From NCBI GenBank assembly GCA_041639395.1, contig JBEQCG010000005.1:4854-68853 (forward strand): DNA of 64,000 nucleotides, in the 5' to 3' direction. The stretch is from Thiobacillus sp. (lineage in GTDB: Bacteria > Pseudomonadota > Gammaproteobacteria > Burkholderiales > Thiobacillaceae). Made by a program: the position numbers and the translations under genes. Position 1 is the first letter of the stretch; each line of letters begins with the position of its first letter. Of this stretch, positions 19,017 through 28,200 are shown piece by piece. The notes under the pieces were generated by a model. The model had not been told where the DNA came from. It searched no databases and saw only the letters and a list, made by a program, of their open reading frames with translations.

Positions 19017-20492
19017 TCAGCCGATGCGCACCGGCACGAACAGGCGCTGGCCGTTGCGCTGCACCAGCAAGGCGACCGATTTGCCGGCCCCGTCGAGGAT
19101 GCGTTTCACCGTTTCGATACTATCGACCGGCTTGCCATTGACCGACACCAGCACGTCGCCCGGCTGTACGCCGGCGCGCGCAGCGGGGCCGCTGGCGTCT
19201 TCCACCACGAGACCGGATTCCACACCGGTGGCGCGCGATTCTTCCGGCGCGAGCGGACGCAGGGCCAGCCCCAGCCGCGCTTTGTCGAGATCGCGTTTGG
19301 CTTGCTGGGCGCGGGGTTCGGCGAATTTGTCGAGGGTGACGGTGAGCGTCATCGGCTTGCCGTTGCGCCAGACGTCGAGCCGGGCCGGCTTGCCGGGCGC
19401 GGCCTGGCCGACCAGCACCGGCAGCTCGCCGGCGTTGGCGACCGGTTGGCCGTTGAAGCTGCGGATCACGTCGCCGGTTTTCACCCCGGCGCGGTCAGCG
19501 GCGCTGCCTTTTTCCACCTGCGCGACCAGCGCACCTTCGGGCTTGGCGAGCTTGAACGAGTCGGCCAGCGCCTGATCCACTTCCTGGATCGCCACGCCGA
19601 GCCGGCCGTGGGTGGCGTGGCCGGTGGCGACGATCTGATCCTTGATGCGCACCGCAAGATCGATGGGAATCGCGAACGACAAGCCCTGGTAGCCGCCCGA
19701 ACGGCTGAAAATCTGCGAGTTGATGCCGATCACTTCGCCGCGCGAATTGATGAGCGGGCCGCCGGAGTTGCCGGGGTTCACCGCCACGTCGGTCTGGATG
19801 AAGGGCACGTAGCCGTCGTCGGGCAGCGAGCGGCCCTTGGCGCTGACCACGCCGGCGGTGACGCTGTTCTCAAATCCAAAGGGCGAGCCGATGGCGAGCA
19901 CCCATTCGCCCACTTTCAGGTCGGCCGGGTTGCCGAGCGGAACAGTGGGCAGATTTTGCGCGGCTATCTTCAGCACCGCCACGTCGGTCTTGTCGTCGCG
20001 GCCGATCACTTTGGCCTGGAATTCGCGGCGGTCGGTGAGTTTCACCGTCACCGTATTCGCGCCGCGCACCACGTGGGCGTTGGTGAGTATGAGGCCGTCC
20101 GGGCTGACGATGAAGCCCGAGCCTTCGCCGCGCGCGGGTTGGCCGCCGCGCGGGCCTTGTGGTATCGGCAGGCCGTGGCGGCGGAAGAATTGCCACACCG
20201 GATCGTTGGCGTCGGGCGCAGCGCGTGCGCTGTCATCCTCGCTGCCGGCGTTGGCCACGGCGATGTTGACGACCGCAGGGCCAAAGCGTTCGACGATGCC
20301 AGTGAAGTCCGGCGCGCCGGCCAGCGGTGCAGCGAGCGGCGCGCTGGCCGCCGGCGCCACCAGCACGGTGGGCGCGGGCGCGCTGGCGCTGGCGTGGCCG
20401 CCCAGCGTCCAGGCGGCAGCGCCGCCGCCGAGCACGCCGGCGGTGAGAAGCGCAAGAATCAGGCGGGTGGGAGACAGGGCAATCGGGGACAT
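19017..20492 (-). CDS. degQ: HtrA/DegQ periplasmic serine protease with two PDZ domains
   Basis: Intact triad LTNAHVV / KTDVAVL / VNPGNSGGP; N-terminal signal or anchor. Confidence 0.92.
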   Translation of the reverse strand: MSPIALSPTRLILALLTAGVLGGGAAAWTLGGHASASAPAPTVLVAPAASAPLAAPLAGAPDFTGIVERFGPAVVNIAVANAGSEDDSARAAPDANDPVWQFFRRHGLPIPQGPRGGQPARGEGSGFIVSPDGLILTNAHVVRGANTVTVKLTDRREFQAKVIGRDDKTDVAVLKIAAQNLPTVPLGNPADLKVGEWVLAIGSPFGFENSVTAGVVSAKGRSLPDDGYVPFIQTDVAVNPGNSGGPLINSRGEVIGINSQIFSRSGGYQGLSFAIPIDLAVRIKDQIVATGHATHGRLGVAIQEVDQALADSFKLAKPEGALVAQVEKGSAADRAGVKTGDVIRSFNGQPVANAGELPVLVGQAAPGKPARLDVWRNGKPMTLTVTLDKFAEPRAQQAKRDLDKARLGLALRPLAPEESRATGVESGLVVEDASGPAARAGVQPGDVLVSVNGKPVDSIETVKRILDGAGKSVALLVQRNGQRLFVPVRIG

Positions 20493-20581
20493 GGGCTCTC
20501 CATCAAAATGCGTTGAACAGGCGCGGCGTGTGCGGTCGCGTGTCGCTCCGACCGTCCGCCACGCGCGCGGGTTCCTGGGGT

Positions 20582-20725
20582 TTACTTGTCGAACGGAATC
20601 TCGCCGTCGCGCCGGTAGCGGGCGCGCGCCGAGGGCCGGTACACCCACGCGATCACCGCAAGGAGCGCGAGCGGCGGGCCGACCATCCAGCCGTAGTCAC
20701 GCAGGAAAGCGAGCAGGGTATTCAT
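20582..20725 (-). CDS. CcoQ/FixQ-like small membrane protein (47 aa; below ORF-track cutoff)
   Basis: Hand translation MNTLLAFLRDYGWMVGPPLALLAVIAWVYRPSARARYRRDGEIPFDK; starts 3 bp after the upstream stop. Confidence 0.7.
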   Translation of the reverse strand: MNTLLAFLRDYGWMVGPPLALLAVIAWVYRPSARARYRRDGEIPFDK

Positions 20726-20728
20726 GGG

Positions 20729-21103
20729 TCAGTACCACGGCCCGGGCCAGCCGTAAGGCCCGCCGCCGTACCACCAGCCGCCGTCAAAATTCCAGCGGTT
20801 CCAGTCGGCCAGCCGTTCGTCGCGGCGCACGGCCTTGAGGTAGCTCTGCTGCATGGCGTTGATGACCGCGTCGGGCACGCCCTGGTCGCGCAGGTCGGCG
20901 AGCTGGCTGGCGGTGAGGCGGTAGACGGTGTCGGACGCGCGCATTTTGGCGAGGATGGTGTCGGCGGGCACGCCTTCGCGCGCCAGTGCGACGATTTCCG
21001 GCACGGTGACGCGCGGTGGCGGCGGGCTGCCGAGGGTGGCGCAGCCGCCGGCCAGCAGGGCGGGCACGGCGACGAGGGCAAGACGCAGGGTCGAGGGCAT
21101 CAT
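20729..21103 (-). CDS. Predicted lipoprotein (124 aa)
   Basis: GAGGAG RBS, lipobox LAGGC, G/W/Y/P-rich tail. Confidence 0.8.
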   Translation of the reverse strand: MMPSTLRLALVAVPALLAGGCATLGSPPPPRVTVPEIVALAREGVPADTILAKMRASDTVYRLTASQLADLRDQGVPDAVINAMQQSYLKAVRRDERLADWNRWNFDGGWWYGGGPYGWPGPWY

Positions 21104-21114
21104 GGTGGGTCTCC

Positions 21115-21612
21115 TCAGGCAGCGGCTTCGACGGGTTTCAGCAGCGCGCGCGCGGCGTCGATTTCCGCCTCGGTGCCGTGCACGAACAGCAGGTAGCGGT
21201 CGGCCTTCAGGTCGCGTTCGTACTTGATCGCCTGTTCTTTCGACAGCCCCAGGCCCACCAGGCCTGCGCCCACGGCCGACAGCCCGCCGACCACGGCTGC
21301 GCCTTCGAGCGCGCCCACCAGCGCGGCGGCGAGCGAACCCGCCACCGCCACCGGGCCGATGCCGGGCACAAAGAAGAACGCGCTGCCGAACAACAGCCCC
21401 CACAGGCCGCCCCAGGCCGCGCCGATGCCGCCCCAGGTTTTCATGCGGTCGCCGGTGGTGTAAAAGCCGACGGCGTGTTCTTCGCTTTGATAGCCCTTGC
21501 CGATGATCGACAGGCGCTTAATGTCGAAGCCGCCGCGTTGCAGGGCGCGAATCGCGGTTTCGGCGTCGCTGTGGCGTTCGTAGACGCCGATGACGGAATG
21601 CAGGTCTTTCAT
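21115..21612 (-). CDS. General-stress/DUF1269-like membrane protein
   Basis: AAWGGLWGLLFG..FFVPGIGPVAVAG, AIKYE..LK...LLFVHG pattern; AAGGAG RBS. Confidence 0.75.
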   Translation of the reverse strand: MKDLHSVIGVYERHSDAETAIRALQRGGFDIKRLSIIGKGYQSEEHAVGFYTTGDRMKTWGGIGAAWGGLWGLLFGSAFFFVPGIGPVAVAGSLAAALVGALEGAAVVGGLSAVGAGLVGLGLSKEQAIKYERDLKADRYLLFVHGTEAEIDAARALLKPVEAAA

Positions 21613-21635
21613 GATGAAGCTCCTTGGCGTGAGGG

Positions 21636-22130
21636 TCAGTTGAGTGCGTCCGTGGGGGTGAGCTGAACGTCCAGGGCCAGACGCGAACCGGGGTCGTAGG
21701 GAAGAGTGGTGTGGAAAACGTGGCCCCGGTAGCGGTAGGTCACGTCGTAGCCGGCGAGCGTGTTCGACGGCCGGTCGGCCGGCGTGCACCGCGTTTCCCA
21801 GCGCTCGCCGTCGTCGTTGCCGACCTGGCCGCCGATCACGCTGCCGGCCAGCGCGCCCACGGCCCCGGCGGCGACACGTCCGTCGCCGTGGCCAAAGCGC
21901 GAGCCCAAGAGGCCGCCGAGAATGCCGCCAAAAATCTGCCGGCCGGTGGCGTCATAAGGCGTGGCGTTGACCAGCGTCTGGCGACAGACCGGCTGGCGGT
22001 CGATGCGGGTCTGGTAGACCGGCGTGGCCGACAGTACCTCGGCGCTGTCGCCGAAATCGGCCGCCCCGGCCGGCGCGGTGAGGAGGCAGCTTGCGCCGAG
22101 CACGCATGCGGTTTGCAGCAGCGGATTCAT
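21636..22130 (-). CDS. Glycine-zipper 2TM secreted protein (YcfJ-like)
   Basis: Signal peptide; GGILGGLLGSRFGHGDGRVAAGAVGALAGSVIG; GYDVTYRYRG...PG. Confidence 0.82.
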   Translation of the reverse strand: MNPLLQTACVLGASCLLTAPAGAADFGDSAEVLSATPVYQTRIDRQPVCRQTLVNATPYDATGRQIFGGILGGLLGSRFGHGDGRVAAGAVGALAGSVIGGQVGNDDGERWETRCTPADRPSNTLAGYDVTYRYRGHVFHTTLPYDPGSRLALDVQLTPTDALN

Positions 22131-22139
22131 GATGGCCTC

Positions 22140-22844
22140 CTAGCGCGCGGTGCGCACGACATCGACGCCGTGCACCACTTCAAAAATCGACCCCAGCGCG
22201 CGGTCGATCGCCTGCTGCGCGGCGGCGGGCTGGGCCGGGTTCGCGGCGAGTGCGGCTTGCGCCACGTGGATCTGGTCGGCGACGCGGTTGAGCGGCAGGT
22301 AGACCGTGGTGGCGCGCAGCGCTTCGCCCACTTCTTCGAGCGTGGTGCGCGCGGCGGCGGATTGGCCGACCCGCGCCTGCGACTCGGCGTGCTTCACGCC
22401 GGTTTTTGCCTGGCGGGCGAGCACCGGCGCGTAGGCGTCCATTTCGTCGAGGCTGGCGTAGATGGGCAGCAGATCGTCGTAGAACGCCGTGTTGTCGTCG
22501 GCGACGAGGCGGTTTTTGGCGTTGACGATGGCGTCGTTCACGTCGACAAACGGCATGGTGCGCTGCCAGGCCCCGGCGAATTCGCTCGCCACGCGCAAGG
22601 CGCTCTGCGCCAGTTCGGGCGAATCGGCCACCAGGAAGGCGCGCGCCGAGCGCAACTGCTCGACCAGCGCGCGGCCCGACGCGGCAGCGGCGCGCGCGAG
22701 CTGGGGCGAGGCCCAGCCGGCGTCGGCGTCCACGCTCTGGATGTCGGTGAGCGGGGCGGGTGCGGCCAGCGCCGGGCCGGCGAATACGGGCAACAGCGCA
22801 ACGGCGAGTACGGTGCGGCGGAGGGGGCGGGAAAGATGCAACAT
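22140..22844 (-). CDS. Secreted helical protein, YfdX-like
   Basis: Signal peptide; DLLPIYASLDEMD matches DLVPLYASLDAIE of the divergent gene. Confidence 0.65.
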   Translation of the reverse strand: MLHLSRPLRRTVLAVALLPVFAGPALAAPAPLTDIQSVDADAGWASPQLARAAAASGRALVEQLRSARAFLVADSPELAQSALRVASEFAGAWQRTMPFVDVNDAIVNAKNRLVADDNTAFYDDLLPIYASLDEMDAYAPVLARQAKTGVKHAESQARVGQSAAARTTLEEVGEALRATTVYLPLNRVADQIHVAQAALAANPAQPAAAQQAIDRALGSIFEVVHGVDVVRTAR

Positions 22845-22900
22845 GGTGGTCTCCTTGAAGTGCGGTTGGACGACGGCAGCAGGCCGCCTGTGCTATGCGT

Positions 22901-22916
22901 AGCGGGCTTCGTGCCA
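22901..22916 (-). promoter_or_regulatory. sigma54 -24/-12 promoter of the leftward operon
   Basis: TGGCAC-GAAGC-CCGCT with GG-N10-GC spacing; IHF-like ATTCAACAACTTG at 22923-22935. Confidence 0.62.
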
Positions 22917-22990
22917 GTTCTGCAAGTTGTTGAATGCACGGCGTTTACGGGTGTTTTTGGCGCGATGCCTGCGGGCGTTTTGCGCCGCTG

Positions 22991-23055
22991 CGGGGGAAAA
23001 CCCCCGGTCACCGGAGTGGGGGCTTTGCGCCAGCCGGGCCGGGGCATTTCCCCCG
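22991..23055. promoter_or_regulatory. Putative enhancer (UAS) array
   Basis: CGGGGGAAAACCCCCG (22991), weak TGGGGGCTTTGCGCCA (23017), CGGGGCATTTCCCCCG (23040). Confidence 0.6.
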
Positions 23056-23107
23056 CGCTGGTCGGGGTGTGGTGCGCAAGTATTTGATGAATCAGGATAA
23101 ATCGTGC

Positions 23108-23123
23108 TGGCACAGCGCCTGCA
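23108..23123 (+). promoter_or_regulatory. sigma54 -24/-12 promoter of yfdX-HK-RR-cyo
   Basis: TGGCAC-AGCGC-CTGCA, correct spacing, about 45 bp before ATG 23169. Confidence 0.7.
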
Positions 23124-23168
23124 TAGGCTGGGTTGGCACGCTACTGTGCTGCATCCAAGGAGATCGCA

Positions 23169-24443
23169 ATGAACCGTCCGTCCACCCCGCTCGTGCTTGC
23201 CCTGTCCGTTTTTCTCAGCGGCGGGGCGCTGGCGGCCAACCCGCCCGCCCGCATCCTCGAAAACCAGCAGATCGTGCCGCTGCGCACGATCAGCGCCGCC
23301 GACCAGGCCGCACTCTCGCGCGCCGCGATGAAAACGCTCAACCACATCGGCGAGGCGCGTGCCGCGCTCGCCCGCAAGGACGCCGGCACCGCGCGCGCCA
23401 ACCTGCGCCAGGCCGACACTCTGCTCGACATCATCCAGGCGGGTCTGCCCACCGCGCAGGTGCGCGACCAGATCCGGGTGGCCGAAAGCAAGCTCAAACT
23501 GCAATACCAGGACACCAAAGTGGTCGAGCCCGACCTCGTGCCCCTCTACGCCTCGCTCGACGCGATCGAGGACTTTGCCGCCGTGCCGCAGGCGCGCGCC
23601 CACCTCGACCAGGCGCAGGCCAAACTCAAGACCGGCGACAAATCCGGTGCCGCGCAGGAACTGCAAGCGATGGACGCTGCCTTGCTCTACCAGGAAGCCG
23701 ACCTGCCGTTGGCGGCCACGCGCGGTTTTGTGCGCGCGGCCGAAAGCGAACTCGCGCGCGGCAACCTCAAGCTCGCCGACGAACATCTGCGCGCGGCGGA
23801 AGACAACGTGGTGACCTACACCGCCTTTGTCGACGAACCCATCGTCGCCGCCCGCGCCAACCTCGCCCGCGCGCAGCGCAACTACGTCGCCGGCCGGCTC
23901 GACGCCGCCCGCGCCGACCTCGGCCGCGCCGTCACGCAGCTCGACCGTGCTGTCGCCCGCGCCGACGGCGCGGTGAAACAGGACGTGAGCGCGCTCGCGC
24001 AGGATGCCCGTGCACTCGGCGGCAAGCTCGACGCCAGCGCCCACGCCGACGCCCGCGATACCAGCCGCGACCTCTCGCTGCTGTGGCATCGCACCCGCGC
24101 GCTGGCCGACCGCAGCATGGATTACACCGCCGTCGGCTGGAAACGCCTGAGCGTGCACAATCCGGTCGAGCAGCACCTGATCGAGGCGCGCCTGCACGCG
24201 CGCTACGCCGAGATCGACGCCGGGATCGGCAACAACCCGGCGCGCGCCGCCACCGACCTGGCGGAAACCTGGCGCTATCTGGAAGAAGCGCGCGGCACGC
24301 CCGGCATCGCGCCGCACACGCGGCAGACGGTCGAAGCGCTGATGAAACAGCTCGACGCGCTGCGCCAGCCCGGCAGCACGCCGGATGCCGCCGCGCTCGC
24401 CGGGCTGCAAAGCAGCATCGCCGGTGCGCTGCGCAGCCTGTAA
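23169..24443 (+). CDS. Secreted YfdX-family protein with C-terminal helical extension (424 aa)
   Basis: AAGGAG RBS, signal peptide, HIGEARAALARKD...ANLRQA and DLPLAATR segments resembling YfdX from recall. Confidence 0.7.
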   Translation: MNRPSTPLVLALSVFLSGGALAANPPARILENQQIVPLRTISAADQAALSRAAMKTLNHIGEARAALARKDAGTARANLRQADTLLDIIQAGLPTAQVRDQIRVAESKLKLQYQDTKVVEPDLVPLYASLDAIEDFAAVPQARAHLDQAQAKLKTGDKSGAAQELQAMDAALLYQEADLPLAATRGFVRAAESELARGNLKLADEHLRAAEDNVVTYTAFVDEPIVAARANLARAQRNYVAGRLDAARADLGRAVTQLDRAVARADGAVKQDVSALAQDARALGGKLDASAHADARDTSRDLSLLWHRTRALADRSMDYTAVGWKRLSVHNPVEQHLIEARLHARYAEIDAGIGNNPARAATDLAETWRYLEEARGTPGIAPHTRQTVEALMKQLDALRQPGSTPDAAALAGLQSSIAGALRSL

Positions 24444-24485
24444 CGCGCTTGTCCGCGTGCGGCCGATCCGGTACAAGGTGAGCGC

Positions 24486-25916
24486 ATGAAACGCATCTTC
24501 GTGCGCTCGCTGGCCTTTCCCGCGCTCGTTGCCGCCGGGCTGGTCGCGCTGGCGGTGGCGTTTGCGCTGGTGTCGCTGGCGCGCAATCTCGGGCAGTTCG
24601 AGCCGCTGCGCGCGCACACCGCCGCCATGCAGCGGGTGCAGGCGCAGAGTTTGGCCATGCAGTACGCGCTGGCGCGCACGCTGTCGCCCGACGCCCCCGT
24701 CGATCACGCCGTGTTCAGGCGGCTGCGCGACGAAGTCGACAGCCTCGTCGCCGACCCCGCGCTGCTCTCGCCGCAGGGGCAGGCGCGGCTCGAACGCGCG
24801 CGGGTGCTGCTCGACCAGCCGGGCAACGATCCGCGCGCGCAACTGCTCGCCGCCACCACCTTGCTGCACGAGGCGCTGGCCGACGAGAGCCGCGCGCACG
24901 ACGCCCTGCTCGCCAAGGTGGCGGCGCAGGCGCGCTTCGAATTCCAGCTGGTGGCGGCGGCGTTTGCCCTGCTGCTGCTCGCCGGCGCGGTGGCCTGGGT
25001 GGGCGTGCGTCGTCGCGTGCTCGAACCACTGCGCGATCTGGACGCCTGGATGGGACGGCTCGCACAGCATGATTTTTCGCGCATCGAGGCCCGTCGCGCC
25101 GACAGCCTGATTGCGCCGCTGTTTGCGCGCTACAACGCCATGGTCGAGCGGCTGGCCGAGCTCGAAGCCGCGCAGGCCGCGCGCGAAGCCAGCCTCGAAG
25201 CCGAAGTGCGCAGCGCTACCCGCGAACTCATCGCGCACAACCGCAGCCTGGCCGAAGCCGAAAAACTCGCCGCCGTCGGCGAACTCGCCGCGAGCCTCGC
25301 GCACGAACTGCGCAATCCGCTCGCCGGCATCACGCTCGCGCTTTCCAATCTCCAGCACGACCTGGCCGACCCGGCCGCGCGCGAGCGGCTCGCCGCCGTG
25401 CTCGCCGAGCTCACCCGGCTGGCGCGATTGATGAACCGTCTGCTCGACGCGGCGCGTCACGCGCCCGAAGCCGCGCAGCGCGTGCATCTGGCGCGTGCGG
25501 TCGAAGAAGTGGCGGCGCTGGCGCGCTACCAGATCGCGCCCGACATCCGGCTAGACGTGGACATCGACGTCGCCTGCCAGTGCCTGTTGCCGCCCGACCG
25601 CCTGCGCCAGGCCGTGCTCAACCTGCTGCTGAACGCCGCGCAGGCGCTGTCGGGACACGGCCGCATCCGTGTCGTCGGCCGGCGCGAACACGACACCGTC
25701 GAGCTGGCAGTGGAAGACGACGGCCCCGGCTTTCCCGAGGCGATGCTGCGCGACGGCGTGACCGCGTTTGCCAGCCACCGCGACGGCGGCACCGGGCTCG
25801 GGCTCGCGTCGGTGCGCCGTTTCGCGCAGGACCACGGCGGCCGCTTTGCGCTGGCCAATCTGAGCCCGCACGGCGCGCGCGTGTCGCTTTTTCTGCCTTG
25901 CCCCGAGCCTGCCTGA
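24486..25916 (+). CDS. Membrane sensor histidine kinase (2 TM, HAMP)
   Basis: AHELRNPLAGI H-box, NLLLNA N-box, DDGPG and GGTGLGL G-boxes. Confidence 0.93.
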   Translation: MKRIFVRSLAFPALVAAGLVALAVAFALVSLARNLGQFEPLRAHTAAMQRVQAQSLAMQYALARTLSPDAPVDHAVFRRLRDEVDSLVADPALLSPQGQARLERARVLLDQPGNDPRAQLLAATTLLHEALADESRAHDALLAKVAAQARFEFQLVAAAFALLLLAGAVAWVGVRRRVLEPLRDLDAWMGRLAQHDFSRIEARRADSLIAPLFARYNAMVERLAELEAAQAAREASLEAEVRSATRELIAHNRSLAEAEKLAAVGELAASLAHELRNPLAGITLALSNLQHDLADPAARERLAAVLAELTRLARLMNRLLDAARHAPEAAQRVHLARAVEEVAALARYQIAPDIRLDVDIDVACQCLLPPDRLRQAVLNLLLNAAQALSGHGRIRVVGRREHDTVELAVEDDGPGFPEAMLRDGVTAFASHRDGGTGLGLASVRRFAQDHGGRFALANLSPHGARVSLFLPCPEPA

Positions 25917-25918
25917 CC

Positions 25919-27295
25919 ATGCCGCACACGCTCCTCATCATCGAAGACGAAACCCTGCTCGGTCAGGAACTGCAACGCCATTTCCAGCGCGAAGGCTGGG
26001 ACGCGCGGCTCGCCAGCACGCTGGCCGAAGCACGCCGGCTGCTGTTCGATGAAGCGATCGAACCGTCGGCTGTGCTCTCCGACATGAACCTGCCCGACGG
26101 CAACGCGCTCGACCTGCTGGAGGCCGCGCGCGAAGCGGGGCTGGCGGGCGAATGGGTGTTCGTCACCGGCTACGGCGGCGTGCCCGATTCGGTGCGCGCG
26201 CTCAAATTGGGCGCGCTCGACTTTCTGGAAAAACCGGTCGATATGGCGCGGCTCGCGCTGGTGCTGAACGGCGCGGCGCGCAGCGCACGCGCCGAGCGGC
26301 GGCTGGCCGACCACACCGCCGGCGAAGGCCGGCGTTTCACGCCCGAAGCCTACGCCGGCGAATCGGCCGCCGCGCGCGAGGCGCGCGACATGCTGGCGCG
26401 GCTCGCCGGGGTGCCGTTTTCGGCGCTGTTGATCGGCGGCGAAACCGGCACCGGAAAGGGGCTCGCCGCGCGCATCCTGCATTACGCCGGGGCCCGCCGG
26501 CGCGGCCCGCTGGTCGAAGTGAACTGCGCCGCGCTGCCGCGCGAACTCATCGAAGGCGAACTCTTCGGCCACGAAGCCGGCGCGTTCACCGGTGCCAAGG
26601 GGGCGCGGCGCGGCCTGGTCGAACAGGCGCACGGCGGCACCTTGTTCCTCGACGAAATCGGCGAGCTGCCGCTGGATTTGCAGGCCAAACTGCTGCGCGT
26701 GATCGAGGACAGCCAGATCCGCCGTCTGGGCGGCGAACGCGCCGTGCCGGTGGACGTGCGCTTTGTCGCCGCGAGTAACCGCGACCTCGAAGCCGAGGCG
26801 CGCAACGGCGGCTTCCGCGCCGATCTCTATCACCGGCTGTCGGTGTTTCGCCTGGTGCTGCCGCCGCTGCGTGCGCGGCGCGAGGACATCCGTCAGCTGG
26901 TGCCGCTGTTCGTGCGCGAATTCAACGCCAAGGCCGGCAAGCGCGTGAGCCGCATTGGCGAGCCGGTGTGGTCGCAACTGCTCGCGCACGACTGGCCGGG
27001 CAACGTGCGCGAACTCCGCAACGTGGTCGAACGCTGCGTACTGTTCGCCGACGGCGAGGACTTTCCCGCGCGCTGGCTGCAACTGTCGGCCGCGCCGGCG
27101 TCGCCCGCGCCCGCCGGCGACGGCGTGTGGCTGCCGCTCGACGGCAGCCAGAGCCTGGAAGACATGGAACGCCAGCTGGTCGAAGCCGCGCTGGCGCAGG
27201 CCGGCGGCAACGTCACGGGGGCTGCGCGCCTCTTGAAAAGCACGCGCGAAACCCTGCGCTACCGGGTGGAGAAATTCGGCCTGGGCAAGGGCTGA
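25919..27295 (+). CDS. sigma54-dependent response regulator (NtrC/AtoC class)
   Basis: Receiver EDE..SDMNLPD..KP; GETGTGK, GAFTGA, LDEIG; Fis-type HTH. Confidence 0.95.
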   Translation: MPHTLLIIEDETLLGQELQRHFQREGWDARLASTLAEARRLLFDEAIEPSAVLSDMNLPDGNALDLLEAAREAGLAGEWVFVTGYGGVPDSVRALKLGALDFLEKPVDMARLALVLNGAARSARAERRLADHTAGEGRRFTPEAYAGESAAAREARDMLARLAGVPFSALLIGGETGTGKGLAARILHYAGARRRGPLVEVNCAALPRELIEGELFGHEAGAFTGAKGARRGLVEQAHGGTLFLDEIGELPLDLQAKLLRVIEDSQIRRLGGERAVPVDVRFVAASNRDLEAEARNGGFRADLYHRLSVFRLVLPPLRARREDIRQLVPLFVREFNAKAGKRVSRIGEPVWSQLLAHDWPGNVRELRNVVERCVLFADGEDFPARWLQLSAAPASPAPAGDGVWLPLDGSQSLEDMERQLVEAALAQAGGNVTGAARLLKSTRETLRYRVEKFGLGKG

Positions 27296-27312
27296 GCAGA
27301 GGGAGGGACAAG

Positions 27313-28200
27313 ATGGCAGGAAAGCGTTGGGCCGCGCTGGCGGCCACGATGTTGCTCGGCGGCTGCGCGCTGCGCGATGCGCCCATCATCGCGCCGCCGG
27401 GGCCGGTGCTGCACACCACGGCAGAACTCTTCGTCGTCGCCACGCTGCTGATGCTGATCGTGGTGCTGCCGGTACTGGTGCTGACCGCGTGGTTTGCCTG
27501 GCGCTACCGCGCGTCGCGCCGCGCGGCCGACTACGCGCCGGAGCTGGCCGGCTCGACGCGCATCGAGTTCTTCATCTGGGCAGCCCCCGTGGCCATCGTG
27601 CTCACCCTGGGCGTGCTGGTCTGGCATTACACGCACAAGCTCGATCCCTACCTGCCGCTGGGGCCCCAACCCTACGTCGTCGAGGCGATCGGGCTGGACT
27701 GGAAATGGCTGTTCCTGTACCCCGAGGACGGCGTCGCCAGCGTCGGCACGCTGGCGTTTCCGGCCGACCGCCCGCTGGAATTGCGCATCACCACCGACAC
27801 GGTGATGAATTCGCTGATGATCCCCGCGCTGGGCGGGCAGATTTACGCGATGGCCGGCATGGAGACGCGGCTCAATCTGAAGGCCGACCGCCCGGGCGTG
27901 TACGCGGGGCGCAACTACCAGTTTTCGGGCAACGGCTTTCCCGCGCAGCGCTTCGACGCGCACGCGCTCGACGCCGCCGGCTGGCAGGCCTGGCTGGCGG
28001 GCGCAAAGGCGGCCGGTGCGCTCGACCGGGCGGGCTATCTGGCGCTGGCCAAACCCGGTGTGCTGGCGTCGCCGCAGCTGTATTCGGCGTACCCCGCCAC
28101 GCTGTTCGACGCCATCGTCGGCCAGTACCGCGACCCGGCGATGTGCCGGCCCCTGTCCCTTGCTGCTGGAGCATCCCGTGTTCGGACGACTGGGCGTTGA
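27313..28200 (+). CDS. cyoA: Ubiquinol oxidase subunit II
   Basis: Lipobox LGGC, two TM, DWKWLF.YP, TVMNS..IPALGGQIYAMAGM; no CuA motif. Confidence 0.92.
   Translation: MAGKRWAALAATMLLGGCALRDAPIIAPPGPVLHTTAELFVVATLLMLIVVLPVLVLTAWFAWRYRASRRAADYAPELAGSTRIEFFIWAAPVAIVLTLGVLVWHYTHKLDPYLPLGPQPYVVEAIGLDWKWLFLYPEDGVASVGTLAFPADRPLELRITTDTVMNSLMIPALGGQIYAMAGMETRLNLKADRPGVYAGRNYQFSGNGFPAQRFDAHALDAAGWQAWLAGAKAAGALDRAGYLALAKPGVLASPQLYSAYPATLFDAIVGQYRDPAMCRPLSLAAGASRVRTTGR

Noticed and set aside
23134-23150. Second TGGCAC upstream of the yfdX-like gene
   Set aside because: GG-to-GC spacing is 13 rather than the 12 required for sigma54
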